Positions 1-17,370 of a stretch of DNA of 64,000 bases are shown piece after piece. The stretch's first letter is position 1; each line of letters begins with the position of its first letter. The notes under the pieces were generated by a model, which did not search any database, was not told the origin of the DNA, and saw nothing but the letters and a program-made list of their open reading frames with translations. Source of the DNA: the human T2T-CHM13v2.0 reference genome, Homo sapiens; the NCBI RefSeq assembly GCF_009914755.1, contig NC_060936.1; one strand, 5' to 3'. A program made the translations under genes and the position numbers.

Positions 1-403
1 CACTGCAACAGAGTAAGACTCCGTCTTAAAAAAACAAAAAAACAGAAAACAAAACAAACAAACACTGAGGCTCAGGGAGGTTAAGTCACCTGCCCAAGTT
101 CATGAGACCAAGGAGCCGGGAAGCAGGAAGGGGAAGGCAGGAGTGTAACTCTGAAACCTCTGCTCTTAGGCACTGGCTTTCAGCTGAACTGATACCTCTG
201 GAAAACAGTCTCAAAAAAGTCCACTTCTCCTCCCAACAATTCAGACCTAAAACCATTTGGCAGGGAAGGGCAGGGCAAGCTTCTGAGTTGGGGAGGGGGT
301 GTGGGATCCCAAGCTGAGGTGTCTGTTGGCAAGCAGGGTGCAAAGGGCATCTGTGCAGGGAGGGGGCTGCAAGGGAGACAGAGACTGCTCACAGGCAAGG
401 AAT

Positions 404-830
404 GAAATATTAAACATTAATGTTAATATTAATATTTATAATTAATATATTTATGATATATAGCATATATACATATTATATTAATTAATTATAACTATAT
501 TAATATAATTAATTATAACTATATTAATATAATCAATTATAACTATATTAATATAATCGATTATAACTATATTAATATAATCGATTATAACTATATTAAT
601 ATAATCGATTATAACTATATTAATATAATCGATTATATTAATATTAATATAATCGATTATATTAATATTAATATAATCGATTATATTAATATTAATATAA
701 TCGATTATATTAATATTAATATAATCGATTATATTAATATTAATATAATCAATATTAACAAATATATACTATATAATATAAATAATACCTAAGTTTATAT
801 AATATGCATAATGTTAATATTTATTAATAT
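404..830. repeat. AT-rich 24-bp tandem repeat / low-complexity tract containing a perfect palindrome
   Basis: 24-bp units drift from TAATTAATTATAACTATATTAATA to ATAATCGATTATATTAATATTAAT; exactly periodic over 617-750. Confidence 0.9.
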
Positions 831-1646
831 TTCAGGGACAATGGGAGTCATGAATATGGAGAGACAAAACTAGAATGAACCCCAAGGTGCTGCATCAGAA
901 TTGAAGGTACCAGTCTGAACTCATAGTTTTCAACCTATTGAAATAAATATAGATGCACGTGTGTGTGTATGCACGTACATACAAATGTTCCCTAATTCTG
1001 CCCATTGAGAGGCCTGTGGTTAGCAACACCCCAACAGCAATAAGCAGACCTAGCTTGGCTCCTAAATTTCATTTTCCACTAAAAGGAACCAGAGCCCCTT
1101 GGATAAAGGACTGATTCCACAGGTGGGTAGGGAGCATCTGTTGCCAGAAAGCAAGAAAGCACTTAAAGAATGATGTGGACATGTCAAAGGGACACAGAAG
1201 CCAGCCTGGATGAGATCCCACTGGCCCTAACTGTCCACAAGGACAATTTGAGCAAGGATGTCAACAATTTAAGAGCAGATTATAAACCACTGAATAAAAC
1301 AGAAAAATACAAAGAATTGAAACGGACATTGATGGCAGACAGGATATTAACATAATTTTAAAGTATCTCTCCAAGGAATGCTTCTGAATGATGAAGGGGA
1401 AAAGAATAACTGTACAGTGGAAAAGCCTGGTAAAACCCACCTTAGTGACCAAAGTGAATGTCACCATAGTGGGACAAAAGGAAATCAAGTGCCACCTTAT
1501 GGGATTCAACGAGGACGCAGCATCCCTTGGGTGATGTTCCAGCCAAATACACGTGCCCGGTGGAATCACACAAGAACATCAGACACACTCACACTGAGGG
1601 ACACTCTGCAAACTGACAGTACTGGGCACAAACATGTCCAGGTCAT

Positions 1647-2111
<465 letters not shown>

Positions 2112-2476
2112 CTAGACGGTGGGAATGCATCAGAGTCAGTGTCCCGCGTGGATGGCTGTGTTGCGGTTCTGTGGGAGAATGCCCTGGTCTGTATTCCAAG
2201 GGTAATGGAGTAGCAGGTTGACAAATTACTTTCAAATGGTTCAAAAAAGAAAGTTCTTTTCACTGTACTTGCAATTCTTATGTAAGCTGGAAATTATCTC
2301 AAAATTAACGAGAATTTTTTATCGACGTAGTATTTTACATATTTATGGAAAACATGTAAGTATTTGTTACATGCATAAACTGTGTAATGACCAAGTCAGA
2401 GTATCTGGGGTATCCATGACCTTGAGTATTAATCATTTGTATGTGTTGGGAGCATTACAAGTTTTCGAGTTACCAA

Positions 2477-2842
<366 letters not shown>

Positions 2843-4947
2843 TAATTTTTCTTTATCGGTAGGTAATAAAAGCTTCAGATGATTTTACTGATCACTGGTA
2901 TGGGCATATTTCATGACTTTGCCCTTTCATCTCTTGCATAGTTTTACCCTCACCAAGCAAGACCTTCCCTGCCTCAGCACTGTTTGCCCTCTTCGTGTTT
3001 TCCAGAACAGAAGTGGCCCTGTTTCGTGCCCAGAGCAGAAGAGAACGATGAAGAGCTCTGCTCTCCCAGGTCTTCCTGGTCTGTGTGTGTCCAGGTTTTG
3101 AGGGCCTCTCACATACACGGCTCTGGACCACGTAAGATCTAATTTTAGCATTTTCCTGCTCGGAGACCACATGTTTGGAACAGCAGGGGCTGACCTGCCC
3201 GTGCAGGCCTCCTATTGTGAAGGGCACGCGAAGCCAGGATACCGCAGCCCTGCAGGATGTGACTCAGCATCCTGTCTCAGTGCTGGGGCGGCCAGCAGCT
3301 CTGGCACCAAGTGCTGCTGCTGACCTCACCTCTTAAGACCACAAATACCCAGGGTAATTGGTGGGATAGGCATGCAGCATCAGCTCTCCCTGTTAAGACA
3401 ACTTGCTTGTCCATCCATTATGCTGGGCTTCCTTGTGAACACCACAGGTATCTATCAGGAAGAGTTCTTCCGAGGAACTGATCTGCTGGTATTTTCAGGA
3501 CACCAAGAATCAAGAGATTGGTCTTGTTTCTCTCTTTGCTTTGACTACCAGGAAACTCAAAGTCAGATCTGTGGCCAAATTCTGGTAACCATACCAATGC
3601 TATGTCATGTATTACATGTACAAACCTTCCCCTTACTTCATCTTATTTTCTTCTGCTTTCTTCGTGTCCCGATTTTCTCACTAATGTTACATTCTATTGT
3701 TCTCTATGAATGTTGTAAGGTGTTTCAAATCCTTTTTGGAGGGCACTACTGTAGATACAACACACATTACCCCTGAGGGATAAGGACTCTTTTTGACTCC
3801 ACACAGAATCCCTGGCATTTGGCAAAGAACCCATATTTAGGCACTAAATACACATGGGCTGAATGGAAAAAGCCAATAGCTAAGTAAAAACCACCTCCAT
3901 TACCATATTGTTTCACAAGAGGTTCTTTTCCCTTCCATCTCATGAGGTGGGGCCTGGTCAGGAGTCCCCAGGGCCTGGGAATTAGGTTCCTTAGGGAGCC
4001 TTCTTGCTGTAGGGGCAGCCAACAGGTCAGTGGCCTTGACTCCAGACCTAAAGAGCCACTCCTAGACTCCCAGCTGCAACAGACACAGCGTGGCACGGGT
4101 GGGCCTGGCCACTGGGGAAGTGACAAGTGATTTCCAGATGCTGCAGCCAGCCTGGCTCTTTCCAGACCACACTGAAGGCCCCTTCCTGTGGGAATTCTGA
4201 TGGGGCCCAGATTTGGGGAAACACGCCTCGAGGACTCTTGGCAAGTGCGTGCCAGGCCTGGACCAGGAATGACTTCTGTGGGCACAGGGAGAGACCAGGC
4301 ATTTCCTAACACAGGACCTTGAACAGCCTTCTCTGAAACAAAGTCTTTCTAAAAATAGCTTCAAAAGTAACCATTCAAGAAAAGAAAGAAAAAAAAAACT
4401 GTAAAAGTAAAGGCACTCAAGAATGATATTTCCCAGATAAAAGCCTGGCACAGGTTTCAGAGGAACTTGCAGGAAAACAGGTCAAGGCTGGGTTTTTCCT
4501 CTTAGGTGTCACTTGGTTAACATTGGTCTTTGGAGGGGAACAAGTGCGGCAGGAAGGGCTGGCACTGAAAATGATGGCCACTGGGTATAGGCCAGGGCCA
4601 GACACTGTACACAGAACAAGACTCTCTGGAGGCCTCAGGAGGGCCCTGAGAGGAGGAAGGCAGGTGGTGGGCCCAGGGTCAGACATGCAAGTGAGCTAAG
4701 TGGCAAGGCCGATGCCCCATCCAGAAGCCCCGCTCTGACCACACGCAGGCTCTCCCGGCATGTCCTCATTTATGCGGCAGTCTCTTGTATCTCACTGCAA
4801 TTCTGCCCCCACACTGCAGGCTGGCCAGCGTGGCTTCCTCATAAGCACATCACCCTGCATCCCGACACTGACTACACCCACAAAGCAGGAGCCCCCGCAC
4901 CCTCCAGCCCAATCGCTCAGTTCGCTTTGAAAATGGCTCCTCTCGGG

Positions 4948-5250
<303 letters not shown>

Positions 5251-6222
5251 AAATGGCTCCTCTGGATTTTGATTAATCCTATTTTGATTAATCCTGGTTT
5301 CTCATTTTCAGCCTTCCTTGAAGCAGCATGACCCATCTGGATGTCCTCCTCATCTCAGGAATTTTCTAATAAGCTGTCTAAATCCAGAGATCTGACCACA
5401 GAACAATGAATGCCAAAGATGAGTTCTAAAGATGCGAGTACTTTCTTTCTAAACGGACGCTGCTTTGTGTATGGCTCTGCTCCTGGGGGCAGACGCGGCA
5501 GGCTAAGCCCTGCGGAGGAGGAGGTGAGTCCCAGCAGAGGGTCACTTCCTCTCAGTAGCCCGGCTGGTTTTCTCCACTGCAGGGTCAGACCATAGCCCTG
5601 ACCCAGCTAGACCCCCATAAGCGCATGACCTTGCTCTCACCGTGGGAATAAAACTCGTGATAGTCAGTTACAAATACACAGCAAATGATGAGCAGCACAA
5701 TATAAACACAGATCTAGATTGGTGGGTCTGAGGACTCATTCTTAAATTTGGAGGCCATCACCTAATCTTGTCTTTTCACTTTACATAGCAGGAGACAGGG
5801 ACCCAGAGAAGTGAAGAGGCGTTGCCTTAGGTTGCACAGCAGATGACGCCTCTCAAGATGGACCCTAGGTTGTCTGACTCCGTCTCACAGCTTTGCCCCA
5901 TTTATCATGAAGATGAACGCTGGTAACACTGCTACCTACGAGCTGAGCTTGCACGCACATTCCTGGTGTGTACATGCATGCGTGCACGCTCACGCAATGT
6001 GCTAAGTGCACAGGAAGGAGACCAGAGCCCTGAGGCGTTCTTTTGAAGTCTAAGTACTGGTGTTTCGAAAGTTTAATGAAACCTACTAGACTCTGAGCAA
6101 AATTCGTTTTACGTTAACCTTAATGAAAAGTTTAATTAAGTTCTGACAGAATTAACTCTTCACGTCTCTGTCCTCATTTGTCCCCATTCTAGAATGAGTT
6201 TTCTAATTAAAAAAAATATATA

Positions 6223-6876
<654 letters not shown>

Positions 6877-7639
6877 TCAAATCAAACGTTCCAACAAACT
6901 GCAGAAATAAAACCCGAGTTAAACCAAAAGGAACAGCCAAACAGCACAATGACCCCAATGTTTAAATATGCCCCAATGTTTAAAAGTGGGAGTCAATGGG
7001 AGGCCACTACCTACAAGGCCACAGGGGTTAGGGCAGGACTCAGGTCCCTGAATCACAGCAGCCTGCATTCAAACCCTGGCTCAGGCCTCCCACCAGCCTC
7101 GTGGAACTGGTTTCCTAAAATGAGGAGAGTCCCTACTTTGCAGGCTTGTGACAACAAGATGACAGCAAGTGCAAAAGTTCCAAGCCCAGAGCCTGCAGCC
7201 TGCAGAAGCTGGCCTCATTACCACCCGGATGTTCTCCGGGCTGCAGCACATGAAGGGGATACGTGACAATCCCTGCTTTAAGTACAGCTCAGGGAGTTGA
7301 CGGGACCTGCCCAAGCACATAGTGATGCCGCTAATGGCTCACCAGGAAGAATGGACTGCAAAGCCTGGTTCTTCTGATAAACTCCATTCTGTCTCCCAGT
7401 GTGGGTTCTGATGCATAGGGAGGAGGAAAAGACAGTGCTTGGATTTTGGGGTGAAGAGCACAGGTTTTGGAGTCAATGAGACATGGAGTATGAGGGTCTC
7501 AGCTCTACCGTTTACTACTAAATAAAAACAGGCCACTGACCTCTCTGGGGTTTAGTCTTCTCCTCCAGGGAATGGGAATTCAAATGTCCTTACAGGGTTT
7601 TCACAAAGATTAACTGAAATAATGCACACAAGGCAATCA

Positions 7640-7875
7640 CAGAGTGGAGTATGGGTGCTCCCTTTTCTCTCCTCCATCCCTGCTTTATTTTTTCGCCTGG
7701 GCACTTACCAACACACGATTATTGCGCTTGTTTATTTTATTTACTGTCTTGTCTCCTCAACAGAATGTCAGCTTCCAGAGCAGGAATTTTTATTTTGTTT
7801 GTTGCTATATTCCCAGCCCCTAAAACAGGGCTTGGCACACAGTAGGAGCTCAAAAAATATTTGTTGAATGAATAG
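7640..7875 (+). mobile_element. L2 3' end fragment
   Basis: ggcacacagtaggagctcaaaaaatatttgttgaatgaat is the typical L2 terminus. Confidence 0.7.
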
Positions 7876-8082
7876 CTCACAAGCAGACAGATGAGGACAG
7901 AGGGGTCTTGAGACTGATCTAACAGCACCGATATTACTAAACTGCAACGGAGGCAACGGTGGGAAGAATTTCTCTGTCCTTTGTTTCCTGAAAGTCCAAG
8001 ACCACTTTTAGTTGCTCAACAGGAAACAATACTCAACTTACAAGACCTCTAGGGCCTATCCAGGGCAAACTGGGCACTGTGA

Positions 8083-8605
<523 letters not shown>

Positions 8606-9277
8606 ATTACAGGAAATATTTCTGTACCTAAGTACATATACTACAAAGCAAGTACCAAACACCAAGGAAACACTAAGGAGAGAAAAACGCCTGTGAGAAG
8701 AAAAAGGAAGACACGAATCATTCCCAACAGAAGCTGTTACCATGAAGGAAGTACGGGCAGGGGCATTTGTTGAATGTCTACTATGGGAGAAGGGGTTCGC
8801 ATCATGAGCACATTTAATTCTGACAACCACCCTACAAGCTGTGTACTATACTGGCCATTTGAAACTAAGGCCTGCCCGAGATCATATAATAGCCTAGGAG
8901 GTGACAAAGGACAGACACAGGAGCCAAACCCATGCCCATCCCTCCCTAAGTCCAAAATCATAGAAAAAAAAAAATAAGAATCAACATGGGCGGTTATTTT
9001 TAAGGCCAGCATGTTCAAGGTGGGGGCAAATCCAAGAGACACTAAGCCTCAGAGCATGAACAAGCATGTGGGTGCTGAGTGGAGGGGACCAGTGTTTACC
9101 AGGGTGATGTCAGACTCTGCAAGGCTCGCTCCCCGTGTTTCTGGTCTCTTCCCATGAGCACCAGGCACCCCTTACCATCCCCAAACTAGGCACATCTGTA
9201 ACGCTGAATGGAAGCCTACTTGTTTACATGTGTTCTATGTTAGACTGGGGGCATCCCTAGAACACACACAGATTGAC

Positions 9278-10450
<1,173 letters not shown>

Positions 10451-11597
10451 TGACTGATACAGTAACCTATGCACACATCCATCTCCAGTACGGACACAGA
10501 ACTTGGATGCACGGGGTGCATGACACCTCTTGGCAGGACTTAACTGGACAGACAAGCAACAAAGACAATAAAGCCCAGGCTAAGATGGACTGCCAAGGGC
10601 AGGGAGGAACCCCAGAGTGTGGACAGGTGCAAAAGTAGGGGTGTTCAATGAAGAGGGGAAGCATGGTCTGCAGGGCAATGACATGCCAACCCCCATCCAC
10701 TCTGACACTGTAGGGGAGGGGGTGAAGGCAAAACCACACTTCAAAAGGCTGTAGGGAGAATGGGGTCCCTGGGGGACTTCCAAGTGGAGACCAAAAGGGG
10801 AAGGGAGTGCGGAGAGAAAGGCAGAGGAGTCAGGGAGTTCACAGTTTACCACTGAAACCAAATAAAACAGAAGAGACAAAATCCTGCAGCTCGCTCTGGC
10901 CCAAACCTTTGCTAGGGCAGGCAATCACAAATGAGCAAATTATAATAATTCTAATGACCACGTTCCCGCAATTGACTTGGAAATGCTGGATTAAAAAAAA
11001 AAAACTTCACTCCTGATCCACACCCTGGGGACAATATTATCTCCCCAGTGTCCTACCTAGCCCACAACTACTTATGTCTCATGCCAGACTGAGCCAGCTC
11101 CCGGGATGGCAAGGGAGCCAGGAGCTGCTGCCAGCAGGGCCATCTGCTCACCAATTCCCACAGTCTGAACGGCACAGCTTCCAAAGAGGGACTACGAGCG
11201 GCCAGCAGCAGCCTGCACATGCAGAAGGCAGGGGAGAGCGAGGGAAATGGATCTATACTGCTCTGCTGCAATCATCTGCATGCTGGGTGTGAGATGATCA
11301 GTTCTTGAGACACTTCCCAGAAGGCCTTCAGAAATACTGTCTGAGTTACAACACTGCTTCCTCCAAGTCTGTATTCTTATTTGCATCTTATAGGAATGTA
11401 GCCGGGTAAAGGAGGAAGGCTGCTTCAAGTCAAAGGGCATCCATGGTGGGCGCCCTCTCAGGCCTGGACCCAGCACCTGCAGGAGTCGGCCCCTTTAATT
11501 CTCCTCTGCCGTGAACTAACACTGCACATCAGCAATACTTTGTGAAGACCGAGCACAGCAACCAAGCCCACTGTGGACCTGATTCTAGGCAAGGAAC

Positions 11598-12451
<854 letters not shown>

Positions 12452-13958
12452 ATTTAAACTGTTTAAATGCTACACAAAGGCAGAGAAATGAGGCCGTCAC
12501 TAAGGGATTTGAGAGCAGTTAGGGATACAACAAGGGCACACAGACCTGCATTGTAAGGCGGGTGTGGCACCTGTCACAGATAGGGATGCCAGGGGCTCCC
12601 TGCTTTCTCTGAAGAGAGGGAAATCACAAATATCTGGGGCAGGCGCACTTTTAGCTGGTCATGAGGACTACAGCCAGGTGAAAAGGAACTGGCCTAGGGA
12701 ACGTGTGTGACGGGGGAGCAGGGAGTAGTCCCAATGGACTGGAAAAGGCACATGCGAGAGGGGAGGGTGGAAAGGCCACCAACGCCGGTGACGCTGGAGC
12801 TCAGAAAAGACTCCGAGGACCAGAAGGAAGAAGCATCAAGGGACCAGGGGGTGATATGCCAAGGTAGAGAGGATGGGTCTGAGGTGTTCCTCTGTGACGG
12901 GACAGAAGAGATGTGAGGACCTGAAGAGGCGCCACCAGGGAACTTGAGAAAAAGAAGGCAGGTGGCTCGGAAGACCCGATCCATGTGACCCTGCAATTTA
13001 TTGGATATGGATGAATCAGAGCTGACTTTTTCGATGACCCAAAAGATGAAACTATTAATTAAGGCTAGACGGAGGGGAGAAAAGAGAGAGAAATACCCTG
13101 CTACCTCCAGTTTTTCTCCCTACAGCACCTCCTAGAGATGAGGTGATGGCAGCTCACCTTCAGGATCCATTGGAAACAAAGAGAAATCTCTCCCTAATTC
13201 TCCTGACCCCAAACAGAAAGCAACCAACTATTCCATAATTTTCTTCTCTAGGAGAGATTCAGAGAGAAGAGGCCTGAAAATGCAAATTAACACACGGATG
13301 TGAATGAGTTTCAGTCAAAGCTTAAACCAGGACACAACTTTTCTTGTGTAGCGAGGAAGGCTAGGAGGCAGGATGGTGTCCTGTGCCTAAAAAGGTGAGT
13401 GTGACGTCAAGGTGGCTGAAGAGGGGTTTAAAAGGGCACCTAGGGGGACAAGCCCAGAGCCCAGCATCCCACCCTAAATGAGAACACAGGTCTCCAACTC
13501 CAGCCCAGGGTCTCCCTGTGGTCACAATGGTGTTGGGGACCTGCTGACAGTGGCACGGAAGGACTCTCGGTGGTGGTCAGAATGACCCAACATCCCAGGA
13601 GGCACCTGCCACCAGTTGGCATGAGTCCTTGGTGCTGGCCCTGGCGCTGCTGCTAATCCACCCCAGTGGACTTAGGCATGCTCCCTCACCTGTATGTCCA
13701 AGACAGCTAATTCAACAGTACTACTAACCTGGTCCCCAGAAAGGCGGCAGAGTAGGATCAACTTGGCATTAGAGGTCTCGCTTCAAATACAGGATTTCCC
13801 AATTCCAATCTTGGGCCTCAGCCACCAACCGGGAAAACCCCCCTCCAAGGGCTGTTTTGAGAATATGGAAAGCTGCCAAAGCTTTATTTCCCATCCCTTT
13901 GTAAGGTCCCCTGCAGCTCCCAACTAGAAGAGAAAGGGACCTTTTATTAGCAAGAAAA

Positions 13959-14291
<333 letters not shown>

Positions 14292-14504
14292 CTAATGAGA
14301 AAGGTCCACATACAAATTTTCATGTCACTGCTATTTATAAGTTCTTATTAACTGAAAACACTATGCTATAAGCTATTAAAGGTAACTAAAAAATAAAAAT
14401 AGCTCTTTGCCCCAAAGACAGTCTAAGTGACAGAGCTCAGTACTCACTCATCAACAACAGCCCTGAGAGAGACAAGAGATGGAAGAGATTCCAACCCCAA
14501 GAAA

Positions 14505-15585
14505 GGGCTGGAGGGGAGCCAGGGGAGGAGGCATGGGGGAGGGGACCTCCAAGAGGGAGCTAGGGGAGGGCAGATGGGGAGGAGAGCCCAGAAGGGAGCT
14601 GGGGGAGGGGAACATGGGGGAGGGGAGCATGGGGGAGGGGAGCTCCAAGGGGGAGCATGGGGGAGGGGAGATGGGGAGGGGAGCTCTAGGAGGGAGCTGG
14701 GGGAGGGAAGATGGGGAGGGGAGCTCCAGGAAGGAGCTGGGGGAGGGGAGCATTGGGGAGGGGAGATGGGGGAGGGGAGCTCCAAGAGTGAGCTGGGGGA
14801 GGGGAGATGGGGAGGGGAGCTCCAGGAGGGAGCTGGGGGAGGGGAGATGGGGAGGGGAGCTCCAGGAGGGAGCTGGGGGAGGGAAGATGGGGAGGGGAGC
14901 TCCAGGAGGGAGCTGGGGGAGGGCAGATGGGGAGGGGAGCTCCAGGAGGGAGCTGGGGGAGGGGAGATGGGGAGGGGAGCTCCAGGAGGGAGCTGGGGGA
15001 AAAGGGCTTGGGGAGGGTAGCTCAATGACGGGACGTGGGGATGGGGAGCTAAGGAGGAGATCTGGGAGAGGGGAGCTTGGGGAGGGGAGATGGGGGAGGG
15101 GAGATGGGGGAGGAAAGCTGGGGAAGGGGATCTGGGAGAGGGAAGCTTGGGGAGAGGATCTAGGGAGGGGAGCTGGGGGTGGGGAGATGGGGAGGAGAAA
15201 TGGGAGAGGAGCTTGGGGAGGGGGATCTAGGGAGGAAATCTGGGGCAAGGGAGCTGAGGGAGGGGAACTTGGGGAGGGGATTTAGGGAGGGGAGCTGGGG
15301 GAAGGGGAGCTCAGAGAGGGGACTTCAGGGAGGGGAGATGGGAGAGGGGATTGGGGAGGGATGGTTAGGGATGGGATCTAGGGAGGGGATTTGGGGGAGG
15401 GAAGCTTGGGGAGGGGATCTGGGGGAGGGGAGTGGGGAAGAGAGATGGGGAGTCGGGGGAGGGGAACCTGGAGGGAGGGATCTGGGGAAGGGGATTTTGG
15501 GGAGGAGAACAGGTGGAGAGAGGAGCTGGTGGGGAGGGCAGTTGGGGGCAGGCATCTGGGGGAGATTTGGGGGGAAGGGAGCTGG
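14505..15585 (+). repeat. G-rich minisatellite; 40-bp core unit TCCAGGAGGGAGCTGGGGGAGGGGAGATGGGGAGGGGAGC
   Basis: About 5.5 near-identical 40-bp units at 14781-15000 with degenerate G/A-rich flanks. Confidence 0.92.
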
Positions 15586-16618
15586 GCGCCCACAGGAGCC
15601 GCTGTGAGGTGGGCAAGCCCCTCTTTCAGTTCCTCCTCGACAGTCAGTCTCCAGACTTCCACTCCACCCCTCCCTGCTTCCACCCAGACAGTCTGATCTG
15701 CAACTCGGCCCATGACTGCCCCCATTGGGAATCCAGCTGCTTCTAGCCTGGGAACCCTGACGTGGGCCCTGACCTGACCAATCAAAAACCCCAGGGTGAT
15801 GGAGCAAATGTGTCCTGTATCTTGAGCATAACATTAAAAGTGAGGACCCAGCAGAAGTCCCCCAGCGAGGACCCAGAAATAAGGAATCTCTTTGATTCTT
15901 GCAGGCTAGTGTTTCCCTACCCACATAATCTTTAGAAATCATGTGTGCCGTAATAAGTGAGTATTTCCCCTCCCTTCACTCAAGCACACAGAAACATCGG
16001 AGAAAAGCTGAGCATATTTCTACCAGTTCTGCATATGAGTTTGACCAGAACACCCTGCTGTCGGTAATGAATGGTTGACCCCAATTTCTGAACACATATT
16101 TCCTTTTCCAATTAATTTTCCTTCCCCTCATGAGATAAAACAGACTATTTTTTTTTAAAGAACAATATTCCTGAAAATTTATTTACTTTTTTTAAAACTA
16201 TGAGGTCAGAGTTTAAGACTGGCTCCTTGGTATGAAGGAATACATGATATTAATATAACAAAGGGCTGAATCTTCCATAAATCAACAAAACACCCAAACA
16301 AAGGCAGAACTTAATTTTTGGCAAAGAAAAAACAAAAATGTTTTTGGTGTCCATTAGTGAATACATCAGCTGAGGACTGCCATCTTGGAATCTTTTAAAT
16401 GAGCAGAGCTAAAGATTTCTCATAAGCACAATTAAAGCACCCTGAATTGATACCTTTAGGGGGTTGAGTATCTGTTTCAAATCAGCAAAGTGCTTACCGC
16501 AAAAGGAACACCTTACCAAAAGCAAGATGAAAAAGTGAGGGCAGAGTGTCATGATTATTACTTTTTTTTTTAAGCAGAAGAATAGTCTGCAAGAAAATAC
16601 ATAAAAATGCTCAAGTTA

Positions 16619-17221
16619 GGCCGGGCACAGTAGCTCATGACTGTAATCCCAGTACTTCAGGAGGCCAAGCAGGAAGATGTCTTGAGGCCAGGAGTCCAAG
16701 ACCAGCCTGGGCAACACAGCAAGACCTTGTCTCTATTAGAAAATAATAAGTTACCAAAAAATGCTCAAAATGGTAATGTAAGGGTGGTAGAATAATGGCA
16801 ATTATTTTCCTTCTTTTCCAAGCGTTATATAATATTATTAAAGTGGCTAGACATATGTATGGATTTTAAAGCACTTCAGTTTTATGTGTTTTAGGTATAA
16901 TTTCTAAAGCACTAAAAAATTGGCATATTCTTTTTTTTTTTTTTTTAAGACGGAGTTTTGCTCTGTCGCCAGGCTGGAGTGCAGTGGCGCAATCTTGGCT
17001 CACTCTGCCTCCCGGGTTCAAGCGATTCCCCCGCCTCAGCCCCCCAAGTAGCTGGGACTACAAGCACACACTACCACGCCCGGTTAATTTTTTCTGTTTT
17101 TTTAGTAGAGACAGGGTTTCACCATGTTGGCCAGGATGGTCTCGATCTCCTGACCTTGTGATCCACCCGCCTCAGCCTCCCAAAGTGCTGGAATTACAGG
17201 CGTGACCCACCGCACCCAGCC
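16619..17221. mobile_element. Sense Alu monomer (about 16619-16750) and antisense Alu (about 16930-17221)
   Basis: Alu consensus; antisense copy flanked by TSD aaaattggcatattcttt. Confidence 0.85.
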
Positions 17222-17329
17222 CAAAATTGGCATATTCTTTTTGAACGTTTTCCCTTTGGGAGAGGAACAAGAGCATTCCTTACCTGCTTGGGAGAAAGAC
17301 TTAGGAACAAGAATTGAAAGTCTGCTTAC

Positions 17330-17370
17330 CTGAGGTTTAATTTTCGATCTTCTTCGCTGCCAGCCTCCAA
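17330..17370 (-). CDS. SSH1: SSH1 coding exon 2 (LEAGSEEDRKLNL[S]), 41 nt
   Basis: Minus strand: ttctctgtag|TTGGAGGCTGGCAGCGAAGAAGATCGAAAATTAAACCTCAG|gtaagc; continues exon 1 in frame and matches the SSH1 N-terminus as recalled. Confidence 0.95.

Noticed and set aside
3372-3776. 134-aa ATG-initiated ORF in apparently unique sequence, antisense to SSH1
   Set aside because: No recognisable protein similarity, no polyA/TSD signs of a retrocopy; a BLASTX or PhyloCSF check would be needed to revive it
14427-15785. Long ORFs on both strands (193-268 aa, Gly/Glu- or Pro/Ser-rich)
   Set aside because: They arise from the stop-poor G-rich minisatellite; open in several frames, with no splice signals or domain similarity
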